Of a stretch of DNA of 64,000 nucleotides, positions 1 through 10,055 are shown in pieces. The notes below the pieces were generated by a model that saw only the letters and a list, made by a program, of their open reading frames with translations, was not told where the DNA came from and searched no databases. Made by a program: the position numbers and the translations under genes. Source of the stretch: Roseibacillus sp. (GTDB taxonomy: Bacteria > Verrucomicrobiota > Verrucomicrobiia > Verrucomicrobiales > Akkermansiaceae); the NCBI GenBank assembly GCA_051251855.1, contig JBPOGI010000007.1, forward strand, positions 32,001 through 96,000, in the 5' to 3' direction. How positions within the stretch are numbered: position 1 is the stretch's first letter; each line of letters begins with the position of its first letter.

Positions 1-117
1 TTGAACGGAGCCCACAACGGGAACGAGAATCGCCATTAAGGTGACAATAATAGTGATGACAACGAGGAGTTCTACCAAAGTAAAACCCTTGCGGTGAGGA
101 ACGGGACAATTTTTCAT
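1..117 (-). CDS. Prepilin-type N-terminal cleavage/methylation domain protein (5' part only; runs off the window)
   Basis: Manual translation from ATG at 117 gives MKNCPVPHRKGFTLVELLVVITIIVTLMAILVPVVGSVQ, with the G|FTLVELL type IV pilin-like motif. It is not in the ORF track. Confidence 0.9.
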   Translation of the reverse strand, partial: MKNCPVPHRKGFTLVELLVVITIIVTLMAILVPVVGSVQ

Positions 118-267
118 AAAGTTTTTAAGTGTGGTTGCGTGAACACTCAAATTACGAAAGAAAACACCGACTTGTCCATCCAGACTTTTGCTGCTTTCCA
201 TTCTGAAACCCATTCCAGCTCTATGAAAGCCAATCGAGTTCTTGCCAACAAGCGAGGCCCAGACACG

Positions 268-292
268 AAAAAAGCCCCGAAAAACGGGGCTT
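268..292 (-). terminator. Rho-independent terminator
   Basis: Minus strand AAGCCCCG-TTTTT-CGGGGCTT followed by a T run, downstream of the 398..628 ORF. Confidence 0.75.
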
Positions 293-397
293 AGAGGAGT
301 AAGCGAAGCCATGGGAGCAACTGCGAAAATTCGCATTCTCGCCTAATCCGGCAGGATGAATAGATTCCTCCAGCAAACCTCTCGCGAGGCTTTAAGG

Positions 398-628
398 CTA
401 CTGCTTGAGGCGAATCACGTTCTCTCCTGAAGAGTTATCCACCTGCAATCGGAGGCGTTTGATATCACCAGGCGTATCGTTGATAGCTTGGAACATCTCG
501 TTCTCTTTTTCTGTGATAACGATCTCTGCTTGTGCTTCCTGCCCCTTGGTAATGACAGACTTGCAAATCAAGACGGTGTTGAGGACACAGTGAAGTGCGA
601 ACCCTATGAAGATAACTTTGAATTCCAT
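398..628 (-). CDS. Small hypothetical protein with a hydrophobic N-terminus (76 aa)
   Basis: ATG-started ORF between an AT-rich promoter-like region (660-840) and a terminator. No family recognised. Confidence 0.5.
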   Translation of the reverse strand: MEFKVIFIGFALHCVLNTVLICKSVITKGQEAQAEIVITEKENEMFQAINDTPGDIKRLRLQVDNSSGENVIRLKQ

Positions 629-876
629 GACGCCGAATTATTAACCTAATCACTCCCGATAGGCAACATTTTTTTATAATCTCATTCTCAAAAAAGTTAA
701 ACTTGAACGGTATTTTTGTATTAATTGAATTCTCAACAACCTTAAAACAAGCCAGTTACGGGAAACAGGACCTTAAACTTAAACTTGTCGTATTTTTTAA
801 TAAAAATTAATTTTCCGGAGAAGTTTTACCGAAAAGGACCTCACAACTTGCAGAATAGGGGTGCCAAGGTATCACT

Positions 877-1524
877 TTGGCGGTGTTTCCCCTCTGTCAA
901 AAAGTCCTGCTTGGCCTCATTTGCCTCATCTTTGTGGTCTTCTTAGGGCAAATCTTCGTTCCTGAGCTCTTTGACGACCAAACCTCTGTTCCCCGAGATC
1001 TCGCCGAAGCTTGGAATCAGCTCATCTCTGGCAACACCGACGCCCAAGTATTCCAAACCCTATCCACCACCCTTTCAGCGACCCTCATGCATGGAAGCTG
1101 GGACCATATTATCTACAATATGCTCTTTCTCTGGGTCTTTGCAGGACTGGTAGGCGAACTCCTAGGAACCCGCTGGATGCTTGCCATCTTCCTTTTTACC
1201 GCAATTGCAGGTTATGTCGGCGACGCCATTCTACGCTCAGGAAGCGTGGTCCCAGCCCTTGGTGCCTCAGGGGCCGTGATGGGCTTCGAGGGAGCCTATT
1301 TAGGTTTGGCCGTCCGCTGGTCGCTACCGAAACCGAAGATTTGGCCCATTGCACACCCCATTCCTCCTCTTCGCTTGGTGATTCTTGCGGGAGTTGGTTT
1401 CGCACTCGATATCTCAGGAGCCGTCGGAGGAAGTTCCGGCATCGCCCATGGAGCTCACTTAGGAGGATTCTTGGGTGGGCTCTTCCTGACTTCCTTCGTA
1501 GTTCGCTCTCCTCGGCTAAATTAG
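877..1524 (+). CDS. Rhomboid family intramembrane serine protease
   Basis: H-x4-H-x3-N motif (HGSWDHIIYN), catalytic GASG, AHLGG and multiple TM segments. Confidence 0.92.
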   Translation: MAVFPLCQKVLLGLICLIFVVFLGQIFVPELFDDQTSVPRDLAEAWNQLISGNTDAQVFQTLSTTLSATLMHGSWDHIIYNMLFLWVFAGLVGELLGTRWMLAIFLFTAIAGYVGDAILRSGSVVPALGASGAVMGFEGAYLGLAVRWSLPKPKIWPIAHPIPPLRLVILAGVGFALDISGAVGGSSGIAHGAHLGGFLGGLFLTSFVVRSPRLN

Positions 1525-1609
1525 GGTTTACTCAGAAAGGGTCCGGAAAGCCTCTCTTTTCTTAATCTCGAAAAATCAGACCGTCCTTCGAGGCTTTTCC
1601 GAACACACA

Positions 1610-3514
1610 CTAATCTTTCGCCGAAAATTCAAGCTCCTTGAAGAGGTCGCGCACAAGCTTCGGCTTGTATTCGTGCGAATACATTCCCATCCCGCTCCAC
1701 CCATTCGCTCGTCGATTGCCGGTATAGGTTTTGCGAGAGCGATAATCCTTGAGAATCCAGTAAGTGTAACCAGCGAGAGGTGGCGTATGCTGACGGAGAA
1801 CCTCCCATTGTCGTCTCAGCAGGTCTGCCTGCCAATCTTCGGTTCCCCTCTGGTCACTCTTTCCTCGCTTTCCGAGTTCGGACCACGCGCCGTTCTCCAA
1901 AATAACGATAGGCTTTCCTGGATTCAGCTCCCGCACCTTCCTCATATCTGGGTCCAGCTTCTCAAAGGGATCCATCGCTCCTCTGTATTCGTTAAATCCA
2001 ACCACATCGGCCCACTGGAAATGCGGCTCGCCAAAGTGCGGATGCCAGGCCGCCCAAGTCACCGGCAGGAGCCCTTCATCGATCTCACGCACAAGTGTAC
2101 GATTCATTTTCACAAAAGGTTCATACTCGGGGCAGAATTGGTGGCACTCATTATTCGTACACCACAAAACCACTGAGGGTCGGTTCATCAGATCCCAAAC
2201 CGCTACCCGTCCCATGGACTGGAACACCGACTGAGTATCCTCGGTCTGGGCCCCCATCGCCTTTTCCTTATACCAAAAACCGCCCCACTCCCCTGTCAGC
2301 ATCAACCCCATCTCGTCGGCTAATTGATAGACGATCGGATCGCGTTGCCGGACAGGAAGGCGGACAAAGTTGGCCCCCGCTTCTTTAGCGAGCGAGAGTA
2401 TCCGCCGGTGTTCTTCCCGCGTAATCGCCACCCCGCGCTCCGTCTCACTGTAGGCCGCCACTCCTTTTAAGAAGACCGGAACGCCATTTAGCAAAAGGCG
2501 TCCCCCGTCCACAACGAACTCCCTTAATCCAAACCGGAGTTCACAACCATCCACCGCTTTCTCTCCAATTCCCAATTGTGCTGACAACTGATGAAGGGTC
2601 GGAGTCTCAGGGCTCCAGCGAGCAGCGTCTTTACGAAGCTCCATCTCAAAGGTGACCACTCGGCTTTCGCCCTTCGCAATCGCCAGCTCTTTCGTGACCA
2701 ACAGCCCCTCCATGACAAGACTCTTCAAGCGAAGCTCACCTACAAAGTCTTTATCGGAAGCGTTCGTCACATAGGCCCGCACTTGGAGCCTTTCCCCCAT
2801 CGGCCGAACCTGTAATTTGCGGATCGTGGTTGCCCCCTCTTGCCACAGCACCACTGATCCCGTGATGCCGGCATAAGGCCAATAGTCGGGAGCTTTGGGA
2901 TAGGGAGTATGAACGGACTCGATCTCGTCCCAACCTCCATCCTCTCGCTTACGATGACTCGCCAAGCGAAGAACCTTCACCCTGAGCTCGTTTTCCCCAG
3001 ACATGAGCTTCTCAGTGACATCAATCGAAAACGGAGCTCCCAACCCTTCATGCATCGCCACTTGCTTCTCATTCAGCCACACCCGCGCACGCTCCCTCAC
3101 CCCTCGAAATTCCAGTCGATAGCGTTTTCCGGGCTCCTTCTGCACATCCAGAGTTCGACGATACCAACCTGCGCCATCGAAGCGCGCTGGATTCGCGGGC
3201 GAAACATCGTTCTTGTCCCAGAACTTACTCCCCTCCATGCCCTCCCAAGAATGCGGGACGTTCACCTCTCGATAAGCCTTCTCACCCTCGAATCGAAACT
3301 CCCATACCCCATCCAACGAAGTCCGCTGGCGCCAGCCATTGCCCTCAAGAGCCTCGAAGTCCGGTCGTATTTCCCCGTATTGAAATATAGTCGCAACCCC
3401 GTCCACCTGCCTCGTCTCCACCATCATTGCGTGCGAAAACTCAGCATGATCTCCCAAATCTGGGTCAGCAGCCAAAACGAGTGAAGAAACCAAAAAGAAA
3501 ATTCCTACTCCCAA
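1610..3514 (-). CDS. Glycoside hydrolase family 2, probably exported (start uncertain: TTG 3514 or ATG 3586)
   Basis: GH2 sugar-binding domain (SLDGVWEF, GAGWYRR), WSPETPTLH, FGLR..LNG.P.FLKG, acid/base WCTNNE and nucleophile ILENG. Confidence 0.88.
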   Translation of the reverse strand: MGVGIFFLVSSLVLAADPDLGDHAEFSHAMMVETRQVDGVATIFQYGEIRPDFEALEGNGWRQRTSLDGVWEFRFEGEKAYREVNVPHSWEGMEGSKFWDKNDVSPANPARFDGAGWYRRTLDVQKEPGKRYRLEFRGVRERARVWLNEKQVAMHEGLGAPFSIDVTEKLMSGENELRVKVLRLASHRKREDGGWDEIESVHTPYPKAPDYWPYAGITGSVVLWQEGATTIRKLQVRPMGERLQVRAYVTNASDKDFVGELRLKSLVMEGLLVTKELAIAKGESRVVTFEMELRKDAARWSPETPTLHQLSAQLGIGEKAVDGCELRFGLREFVVDGGRLLLNGVPVFLKGVAAYSETERGVAITREEHRRILSLAKEAGANFVRLPVRQRDPIVYQLADEMGLMLTGEWGGFWYKEKAMGAQTEDTQSVFQSMGRVAVWDLMNRPSVVLWCTNNECHQFCPEYEPFVKMNRTLVREIDEGLLPVTWAAWHPHFGEPHFQWADVVGFNEYRGAMDPFEKLDPDMRKVRELNPGKPIVILENGAWSELGKRGKSDQRGTEDWQADLLRRQWEVLRQHTPPLAGYTYWILKDYRSRKTYTGNRRANGWSGMGMYSHEYKPKLVRDLFKELEFSAKD

Positions 3515-3584
3515 TCTCTTCCTAAAAGTCGCTCTCCCAAAGTGAGAGGTTGCTCCCTCATCGATCGAGGCGCATATTTGCCAC

Positions 3585-3974
3585 ATGAGAAAAGTATTCC
3601 TCCCTCTCTTCATCGTCTTCCTCCTTTGGTCCAAAACATTTGCAGCAGAGGAAACGACAGCTCCTGCCGGAGTCTTGCGACATATTGTCATGGTTCAGTT
3701 CAAAAAGGAGACCACTCCTGAGACTGTGAAAGCACTCGAACTCCAATTCGCCAGCCTCGAGAAGTCGATCGATACCATCATCGACTTTGAATGGGGATTG
3801 GCCTCGACGGTCGAAAAAGGCATGGACCAAGGCTTCACCCACTGCTTCGTGGTCACCTTCAAGGATAAGGCCGGCCTCGAGGTCTATCTCCCCCACGAAG
3901 CCCACCTCGCTTTTGTGGAAGTCTTCAAGCCCGAAATCGAAAAGGTTCTCGTCCTCGACTATGTAGCGCAATAG
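3585..3974 (+). CDS. Dabb family (stress-responsive A/B barrel) protein with signal peptide
   Basis: LRHIVMVQFK, GFTHCFVVTF, YLPHEAH and VLVLDY motifs. Confidence 0.9.
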   Translation: MRKVFLPLFIVFLLWSKTFAAEETTAPAGVLRHIVMVQFKKETTPETVKALELQFASLEKSIDTIIDFEWGLASTVEKGMDQGFTHCFVVTFKDKAGLEVYLPHEAHLAFVEVFKPEIEKVLVLDYVAQ

Positions 3975-4001
3975 GCCTGGAACAAGCTTACCCCTTCCCC
4001 A

Positions 4002-6578
4002 ATGAAGCCGCTCCACATCCCCTTCCAGCTCCTTGCCATTCTCCTATTAATGGCTGCGGGAGCGCAAGCAGCCCCCCTTCGAGTCGCCACTTTTAATATC
4101 GAAGGAGAGTTCTTCAACAGCCAGCGCCAGTTTTCCCTCACCGCACCGGGCACCTCCGACTACGACAGTATTCGAGATATTCTCGCTCGCATTGACGCCG
4201 ACGTCGTCTGCCTGCAAGAGGTCTACCCCAGCGACTACGACAACGGGAGCAGTCAGCACTTCGCCAGCCTCGCCAGCGAACTCGGATATAGCCACACAGT
4301 CCTTTCCACCCGCTCCAACTCTTTCGACTTTCAACTCAGAAACGCCATCCTCTCCCGATATCCTTTCGAGGACCTCGAAGAGATCGGGTCCGCTGACTAC
4401 TGCGACGACCGAGGCCTTGTGGGCACGAACGGTAGTCGAGCGAAAGAACTGACTCGGACCCAACCTGCCATCGTCATCGATGTTCCTGGCGCTGCCAAAC
4501 CCACCACCATCATCACCCTCCACAACAAGGCCCTCTCTAGCCCTGTCACCGACGACAAGTTTCGCCAAGCGATCGAGTTAGCGAGGATGAGAGAATACCT
4601 GTTAGACTCCGGCCTCGATAACACTGATAACATTATCATTCTAGGAGACTTCAATCTCGGCGGCTCTTCGGTCACCTTCACCGCCGAGCCCACCACCCTT
4701 CCCTCTACCTACAATCGCGGAACCGACATCCCACTCCCCATCTCCTACGAAGAAGACCCCGACTTCTACTTCCCAACCCCTTTTCAAATGACCGCGCTCG
4801 ACGCCCGCGCAGTCAACAACAACGATGCCACCACCTTTAGTGGTTCCACTCTCGACTTCATCCTCGCCACCCCAGCCATGACCCTCCTTGGGTCGGAAAT
4901 CTATCGCTCTACTCTCGACACCTCCAACGCCCAAGGCCTCACCAAAGCCGGAGACCCGCTGCCCTCGAACACCTCCGCCGAGGCCTCCGATCACTACGCC
5001 GTCTTTGCCGACTTCGAACTAGAAGACGACATCCCTGCGCCCTCTTCCTACTCCCTCACCGACGCGGCCCCAAAAATCTCCGAAACCTTCGACAGCTTCA
5101 CAGGCACAGCTCCTCCTGCTCTTTGGACTTCTAGCAATAGCGACTGGCAAGGCTTTTACTCCAACCAAACTTTGCAAGCCAACTACGGGTTCGATAGTAG
5201 CGGAGACCGCTCCGTTGGATTGGTAGCAAGCGCTACCCCCTCCACCTTTTCGGCAACCTTCGACAACGACACCAGCGGCACCATTGAAGGGCTCGACTTC
5301 TCTTACCTTGCGCAACAATTTACCGCCAACGACCCAGGAACAGACGACACATTCACCGCCAGTCTCACCATAGCAGGAGGAAGCCCCGTCTCTCTACCAG
5401 ACCTCAACTTTACGGCAGACTCCAGCAACAGCCTTCCTTTTTCAGAAGGCCTCTCCACCACACTCCAGGGACTATCCATCGCTCCCGGCTCCTCCTTCAC
5501 ACTGACTCTGACCGCCACCCAAGGGCCCGATTCCGGCGGACCAGTCTCATCCGAAGTGTTTATTAACGAGTTCCACTATGACAACACCTCCACCGATACG
5601 GGAGAGTTTGTCGAAGTCGTTGTCGCTCCCGGCTTTACGACCTCGGGAGGCAACCTCGCCCAGATCGAAGTCATCCTTTACAACGGCAATTCTGGGCAAG
5701 CTCCCTACGACACCATTCCACTCACCGACTTTGACAACTTCTCTGCCCCCACTGTCAGCAACGGTTATCAAATATTTACCCACAATGTCGTCCTACAGAA
5801 CGGCCCTGATGGAATCGCGATTGCCAACGATGGAGTTGTCACTCAGTTCATCTCTTACGAAGGCACTCTCGATGCTCTTGCTGGCCCTGCAACCGGCCAA
5901 CAATCGGTAGATATCGGAGAAGAACAAGACCCCCAGTTTTCCGCAGGGGTCGCCTCCATTGGTCTCACCGGCGCAGGTGCGGATTCAGGGAGCATGAGCT
6001 GGACGCGCTTCGGCAACACCGTCGCCCACACTCCTGGCCAACTCAACCCAGGCCAGACCTTCACAGGTTCCTCTCCTTCCGCCTCTCAGGCATTTTCCTT
6101 TGATAATGTGACTGTATGTATAGCAGCCCCACCTGACAACGACATGGATGGCGACCCCGACTCCACTGACCCCGATGATGACAACGATCAACTTCCTGAC
6201 TTGTTAGAAGCGCTTCTCGGTCTCGACCCTTTGCTCGCAGACAGCGACAACAATGGCACCAGCGATGGAGACGAAGATAGCGATGGCGACGGTCAAAGCA
6301 ACCTCGCTGAACTGCTCATCACTCTCACGGACCCAGCCGACTCTGGCAGTAGCTTTACCGCTTGCTTGGAGGAACACCCTACCAATCCTAACCAGCTTGC
6401 GCTCATCTTCCCGACCCTCCTAGGACGCAACTACCAGATCCTCAGTAGCCAAGATCCGACCGCGCTCACTCTTCTCGCCAACTATACAGGCACGGGCAAT
6501 GAATTCATTTTCACCATCGTGCCCAATCAACCGCAGGCAACCTTTTTTGCTGTCGGAGTGAGCCTCGCGGAAGAATAA
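4002..6578 (+). CDS. Secreted endonuclease/exonuclease/phosphatase-family protein with a lamin-tail-like domain and Asp-rich repeats
   Basis: RVATFNI, DVVCLQEV, GDFN and SDHYAV (EEP motifs); VFINEFHYDN..GEFVEV (LTD-like); DxDxD repeats near the C-terminus. Confidence 0.88.
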   Translation: MKPLHIPFQLLAILLLMAAGAQAAPLRVATFNIEGEFFNSQRQFSLTAPGTSDYDSIRDILARIDADVVCLQEVYPSDYDNGSSQHFASLASELGYSHTVLSTRSNSFDFQLRNAILSRYPFEDLEEIGSADYCDDRGLVGTNGSRAKELTRTQPAIVIDVPGAAKPTTIITLHNKALSSPVTDDKFRQAIELARMREYLLDSGLDNTDNIIILGDFNLGGSSVTFTAEPTTLPSTYNRGTDIPLPISYEEDPDFYFPTPFQMTALDARAVNNNDATTFSGSTLDFILATPAMTLLGSEIYRSTLDTSNAQGLTKAGDPLPSNTSAEASDHYAVFADFELEDDIPAPSSYSLTDAAPKISETFDSFTGTAPPALWTSSNSDWQGFYSNQTLQANYGFDSSGDRSVGLVASATPSTFSATFDNDTSGTIEGLDFSYLAQQFTANDPGTDDTFTASLTIAGGSPVSLPDLNFTADSSNSLPFSEGLSTTLQGLSIAPGSSFTLTLTATQGPDSGGPVSSEVFINEFHYDNTSTDTGEFVEVVVAPGFTTSGGNLAQIEVILYNGNSGQAPYDTIPLTDFDNFSAPTVSNGYQIFTHNVVLQNGPDGIAIANDGVVTQFISYEGTLDALAGPATGQQSVDIGEEQDPQFSAGVASIGLTGAGADSGSMSWTRFGNTVAHTPGQLNPGQTFTGSSPSASQAFSFDNVTVCIAAPPDNDMDGDPDSTDPDDDNDQLPDLLEALLGLDPLLADSDNNGTSDGDEDSDGDGQSNLAELLITLTDPADSGSSFTACLEEHPTNPNQLALIFPTLLGRNYQILSSQDPTALTLLANYTGTGNEFIFTIVPNQPQATFFAVGVSLAEE

Positions 6579-6627
6579 GTCATTTACTCGAAAAGCTCTC
6601 CTTCAAACCCTCGTAAAAAACCATCCA

Positions 6628-7776
6628 ATGAAACGCCTCACCCTTCCTCTTCTGCTCTGTCCCCTCATTCTCAATGCGGAACCTAGCATCAAACAAATTG
6701 GCGGAGACTTCAAGCGCCCCATTCATGTCACCTCGCGTCCCAATGATGCCAACCTGCTCTTCGTCGTCGAACAAGCCGGCAAAGTCATCCTCCACGACCA
6801 AGCAAAGAACAAAACGCTCAACACCCCTTTCCTCGACATCACCGCCGACGTCTCTCGTAAACACAATGAGGAAGGCCTTCTCGGCTTCACCCTCTCTCCC
6901 GACTACGCGCAATCGGGGCGTGTCTACGCCAATTTCTCCAACGCAAAACGCACCAACGAAATCGTCCGCTACACCGTCAAGAACCCAGCAGAAGACCTCG
7001 TCTGCGACCCAGACACCAAGGAAATCCTCCTCACCTACAAACAACCCCACGGCAACCATAATGGTGGCTATCTCGAATTCGGGCCCGACGGGCTCCTCTA
7101 CATCGGCACCGGCGACGGAGGCTCAGCTAACGACCCTGGAGACAACGCGCAAGACCTCACCAACCTGCTAGGTAAGATTCTCCGGATTGATGTCTCACCT
7201 TCCGAAGGCTACCTCATCCCCGAAGACAATCCTTTCGCCGAAAGCGAGAGTCCCGAAATTCTCGCCTACGGACTTCGTAACCCCTGGCGCTGCTGCTGGG
7301 ATGGAGACCACTTCTACATCGCCGACGTCGGCCAAAACGCCTGGGAAGAAGTCAACGTCGTCACCTCCAAACAACTCAATGGAGCCAACTTCGGATGGCG
7401 CCCCCGCGAAGGATTCCATGAGACCCCGAAAAAAGGAGTTGGCGGCCCCATGAAGAGCGAATACACCGACCCTGTTGTTGAATACAAACACAACATGGAA
7501 AGCGATGGCGGACTCTCCATCAATGGAGGCTATGTTTACCGCGGTTCGGTTAAGGAGCTGCAAGGAAAATACCTTTACAGCGACCATGTGAACCCCCGCA
7601 TTTGGTCCTTCGAATTCGCCGGTGGCAAGGCAACCAACCAGCAAGACCTCTCCGAGATCCTCTCTCGCCCGGATGACTTGGAGTTCCGACAACTCTCCGC
7701 CTTCGGTCAAGACGCCGACAAAGAGGTCTACATCATCGAGATGGGCGACGGAGCCATTTGGAAAATCTTGGAGTAA
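6628..7776 (+). CDS. PQQ-dependent glucose/sorbosone dehydrogenase family protein
   Basis: EEGLLG, NHNGG.LEFGPDG.LYIGTGDGG, GKILRIDV, YGLRNPWR and DVGQNAWEEVN. Confidence 0.92.
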   Translation: MKRLTLPLLLCPLILNAEPSIKQIGGDFKRPIHVTSRPNDANLLFVVEQAGKVILHDQAKNKTLNTPFLDITADVSRKHNEEGLLGFTLSPDYAQSGRVYANFSNAKRTNEIVRYTVKNPAEDLVCDPDTKEILLTYKQPHGNHNGGYLEFGPDGLLYIGTGDGGSANDPGDNAQDLTNLLGKILRIDVSPSEGYLIPEDNPFAESESPEILAYGLRNPWRCCWDGDHFYIADVGQNAWEEVNVVTSKQLNGANFGWRPREGFHETPKKGVGGPMKSEYTDPVVEYKHNMESDGGLSINGGYVYRGSVKELQGKYLYSDHVNPRIWSFEFAGGKATNQQDLSEILSRPDDLEFRQLSAFGQDADKEVYIIEMGDGAIWKILE

Positions 7777-7882
7777 AGGCCCTCTTGTGCCGTGGGTCTC
7801 CCGCATCGGCCCAGACAACCTTCGTCAAAGAGAGCCAAAAACTCCTCGACTGTTTTTCATCACGGTCCACCTTGGGAAAGTT

Positions 7883-8761
7883 ATGTATCGTTCTGCTCTC
7901 ATCTCTGCTGCTTGCGCCACTCTCGCTCCCCTTGCTCACGCTCAGCTCGCTCCGGCACCTTTCCTTTTGGGAGGTGAGTATCAACTCTCATCCGACATCG
8001 ATGGCGGTGGCAGCTTCTCTCGCTCCGTGGCGCGGACCCGCATCAGTGCACCCCTCTTTCTGGGCGAAGACACCATCATCGGTCTGAGCGCTGGCTATCA
8101 ATACGAATCCTTTCAATTCGACGACCTTCTCTCCGATCCTTGGGGTGAAATCCACCGCAATCGAATTGGAATCGCCGCCAAAGGAGATCTCGCCAACGGC
8201 TGGTCTTGGCTCGCGCTGCCTTGGCTAGCCTCTAACGGCGAGAGCGGAGCTGACTGGGGTGAATCCCTGACTTTTGGAGGAATTGGTGCTGCGTGGTACA
8301 AAGTCAACGACACCCTATCGTTAGGAGTGGGTGCCGGATTCGGCACTCAACTCGAGGACGACACCTCCGTCTTTCCCATTTTGGTTATCGACTGGCAATT
8401 TGCCGAGAACTGGACCCTATCAACCCTGCCACCAGAAGGTTTTCGCATTGGACCAGGGGCAAGCATCCGTTGGGACGCCCGCGAAGACTTAAGCCTCTCC
8501 TTCATTTACCAATACCAGAGTGACCAACATCGCCTTGACCAAGATTCGACCACCGCAGCCAATGGCCTCGGAGAGCTTCGTCAACATCGAGTCGCTCTCG
8601 CTGCCACTTATCGCTTCAATGATAATCTCAGCCTCACGGGACACGCAGGTCTCACCTTCGGCGGCGAAATCGAGCTCCAAAACAGCTCCGGAAACACTCT
8701 CGGGGAGAACGACTTCGATTCCAGCCTCGTCTTCGGTCTCGAGGGTTCTTGGCGCTTTTGA
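7883..8761 (+). CDS. Outer-membrane beta-barrel protein (DUF6268-like)
   Basis: Signal peptide from ATG 7883 (MYRSALIS..AHA), amphipathic strands and C-terminal GSWRF. Confidence 0.75.
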   Translation: MYRSALISAACATLAPLAHAQLAPAPFLLGGEYQLSSDIDGGGSFSRSVARTRISAPLFLGEDTIIGLSAGYQYESFQFDDLLSDPWGEIHRNRIGIAAKGDLANGWSWLALPWLASNGESGADWGESLTFGGIGAAWYKVNDTLSLGVGAGFGTQLEDDTSVFPILVIDWQFAENWTLSTLPPEGFRIGPGASIRWDAREDLSLSFIYQYQSDQHRLDQDSTTAANGLGELRQHRVALAATYRFNDNLSLTGHAGLTFGGEIELQNSSGNTLGENDFDSSLVFGLEGSWRF

Positions 8762-8797
8762 CTTTTCCTCGGCTCCTGAAAACGAGAGAAAAGAGGG

Positions 8798-9376
8798 GTG
8801 AATAAATACAGGCTTGAGCCCGTTTCAACAATCGTGTCCGCCTTCCGCGCCCTTCCTCTTCTGCTATTGCCTCTGCTACTCGGCAGTTGCTCGACCTCTC
8901 GACTCGTCGATTCCGATCGGGTCCTTGACCCAGGGCCACACACGATCCGCTCCATCATCGATAGCGATATCCTGATTCCTGCCGACAGCTCTCTCCACGT
9001 CGATTATGCCGCCGGAAACCGCTTCTTCGTCCAATCCGGAGGGACCCTTACCGGCCTTTCCAAAGGAGTCCAGAGTTCAACCATCTACGGCGAAGAGGGA
9101 GCTCTCATCCCAACTCGCAGCAAAAAATCGACTCTTAAAATCGTCAACGTAAGCGACGCCGAACAAAGCTTCCGCGACCGCTTCAAAACTCTCTTGCCCG
9201 CCAATGCCACGCCCAATCGCTCCTCCTCAGGTACAGGGGTCGTTGTGGGCGGAGCCTTCTATGGAGGCGGCTATTATGGTCACGGGCATCGTTACCATCG
9301 AGCCAGGCGCCAGTCGTCCTCCTCTCGCTCGGTCTCAGTGAAACCCGACTCCTATCGCACCCGCACCCGCAACTAA
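8798..9376 (+). CDS. Hypothetical lipoprotein
   Basis: Lipobox-like LLGSC after a hydrophobic stretch; Gly/Tyr/Arg-rich tail. Confidence 0.6.
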   Translation: MNKYRLEPVSTIVSAFRALPLLLLPLLLGSCSTSRLVDSDRVLDPGPHTIRSIIDSDILIPADSSLHVDYAAGNRFFVQSGGTLTGLSKGVQSSTIYGEEGALIPTRSKKSTLKIVNVSDAEQSFRDRFKTLLPANATPNRSSSGTGVVVGGAFYGGGYYGHGHRYHRARRQSSSSRSVSVKPDSYRTRTRN

Positions 9377-9398
9377 ACAACACTACAAAAACAACACT

Positions 9399-9977
9399 AT
9401 GAAAACCATCCTCATCTCATCATTAGCTAGCCTCATCGCGCTGGCCTGCTCAGCTCAAGCCCAATTCGCAAACACCTCTGGCGGCGTGATGCTCGGCGGC
9501 GGATATCTCGAAAACCCCGAAAAGGGCTACGCCTTCGGCCAGCTTCGCGGCACTTTTTACGAAGACGACAGCTTCTCCCACACCGCTTTCCTTGAAATTC
9601 TTGGGCATGCCGATGATGCCGAGCTCACCTTCACGAAGGGAGGAGTGAGTTCCACCGAAGACGGCGACATCACCTTCGTCAACATCACCGCCAACTACGA
9701 ACTCGAAGCTAAGCTCTTTGGTCCCATTTCAGCCTATGCAGGTGGGGGCATCGGGGTGGAGATTGTCTCTGTTGACGACCGCTTCGACATCGTGCTCGAT
9801 TCCGACGCCAACTTTGTGGCTCAAGTCTTCATGGGGCTCCGCGCGGACTTCGGCAACGGCTTTCTCCTACAAGCGGGAGCCCGCTACCTGATGCGGGAAG
9901 ACTCCGAGGTTCTCGACAAACAATTCATCACTGAAGACAGCTGGGCCTTCGAAATCGGAGCTGGCTTTCAGTTCTAA
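9399..9977 (+). CDS. Small outer-membrane beta-barrel protein (OmpA/porin-like)
   Basis: Signal peptide, YAGGGIG strand and C-terminal GAGFQF. Confidence 0.8.
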   Translation: MKTILISSLASLIALACSAQAQFANTSGGVMLGGGYLENPEKGYAFGQLRGTFYEDDSFSHTAFLEILGHADDAELTFTKGGVSSTEDGDITFVNITANYELEAKLFGPISAYAGGGIGVEIVSVDDRFDIVLDSDANFVAQVFMGLRADFGNGFLLQAGARYLMREDSEVLDKQFITEDSWAFEIGAGFQF

Positions 9978-10055
9978 GGCCTGAGAACATTGCTTCCCTT
10001 CTGAGCAGAACTTTTTCGAACGAGTCTCCTGCTTTAACCCGTTTAAACTAACGAT

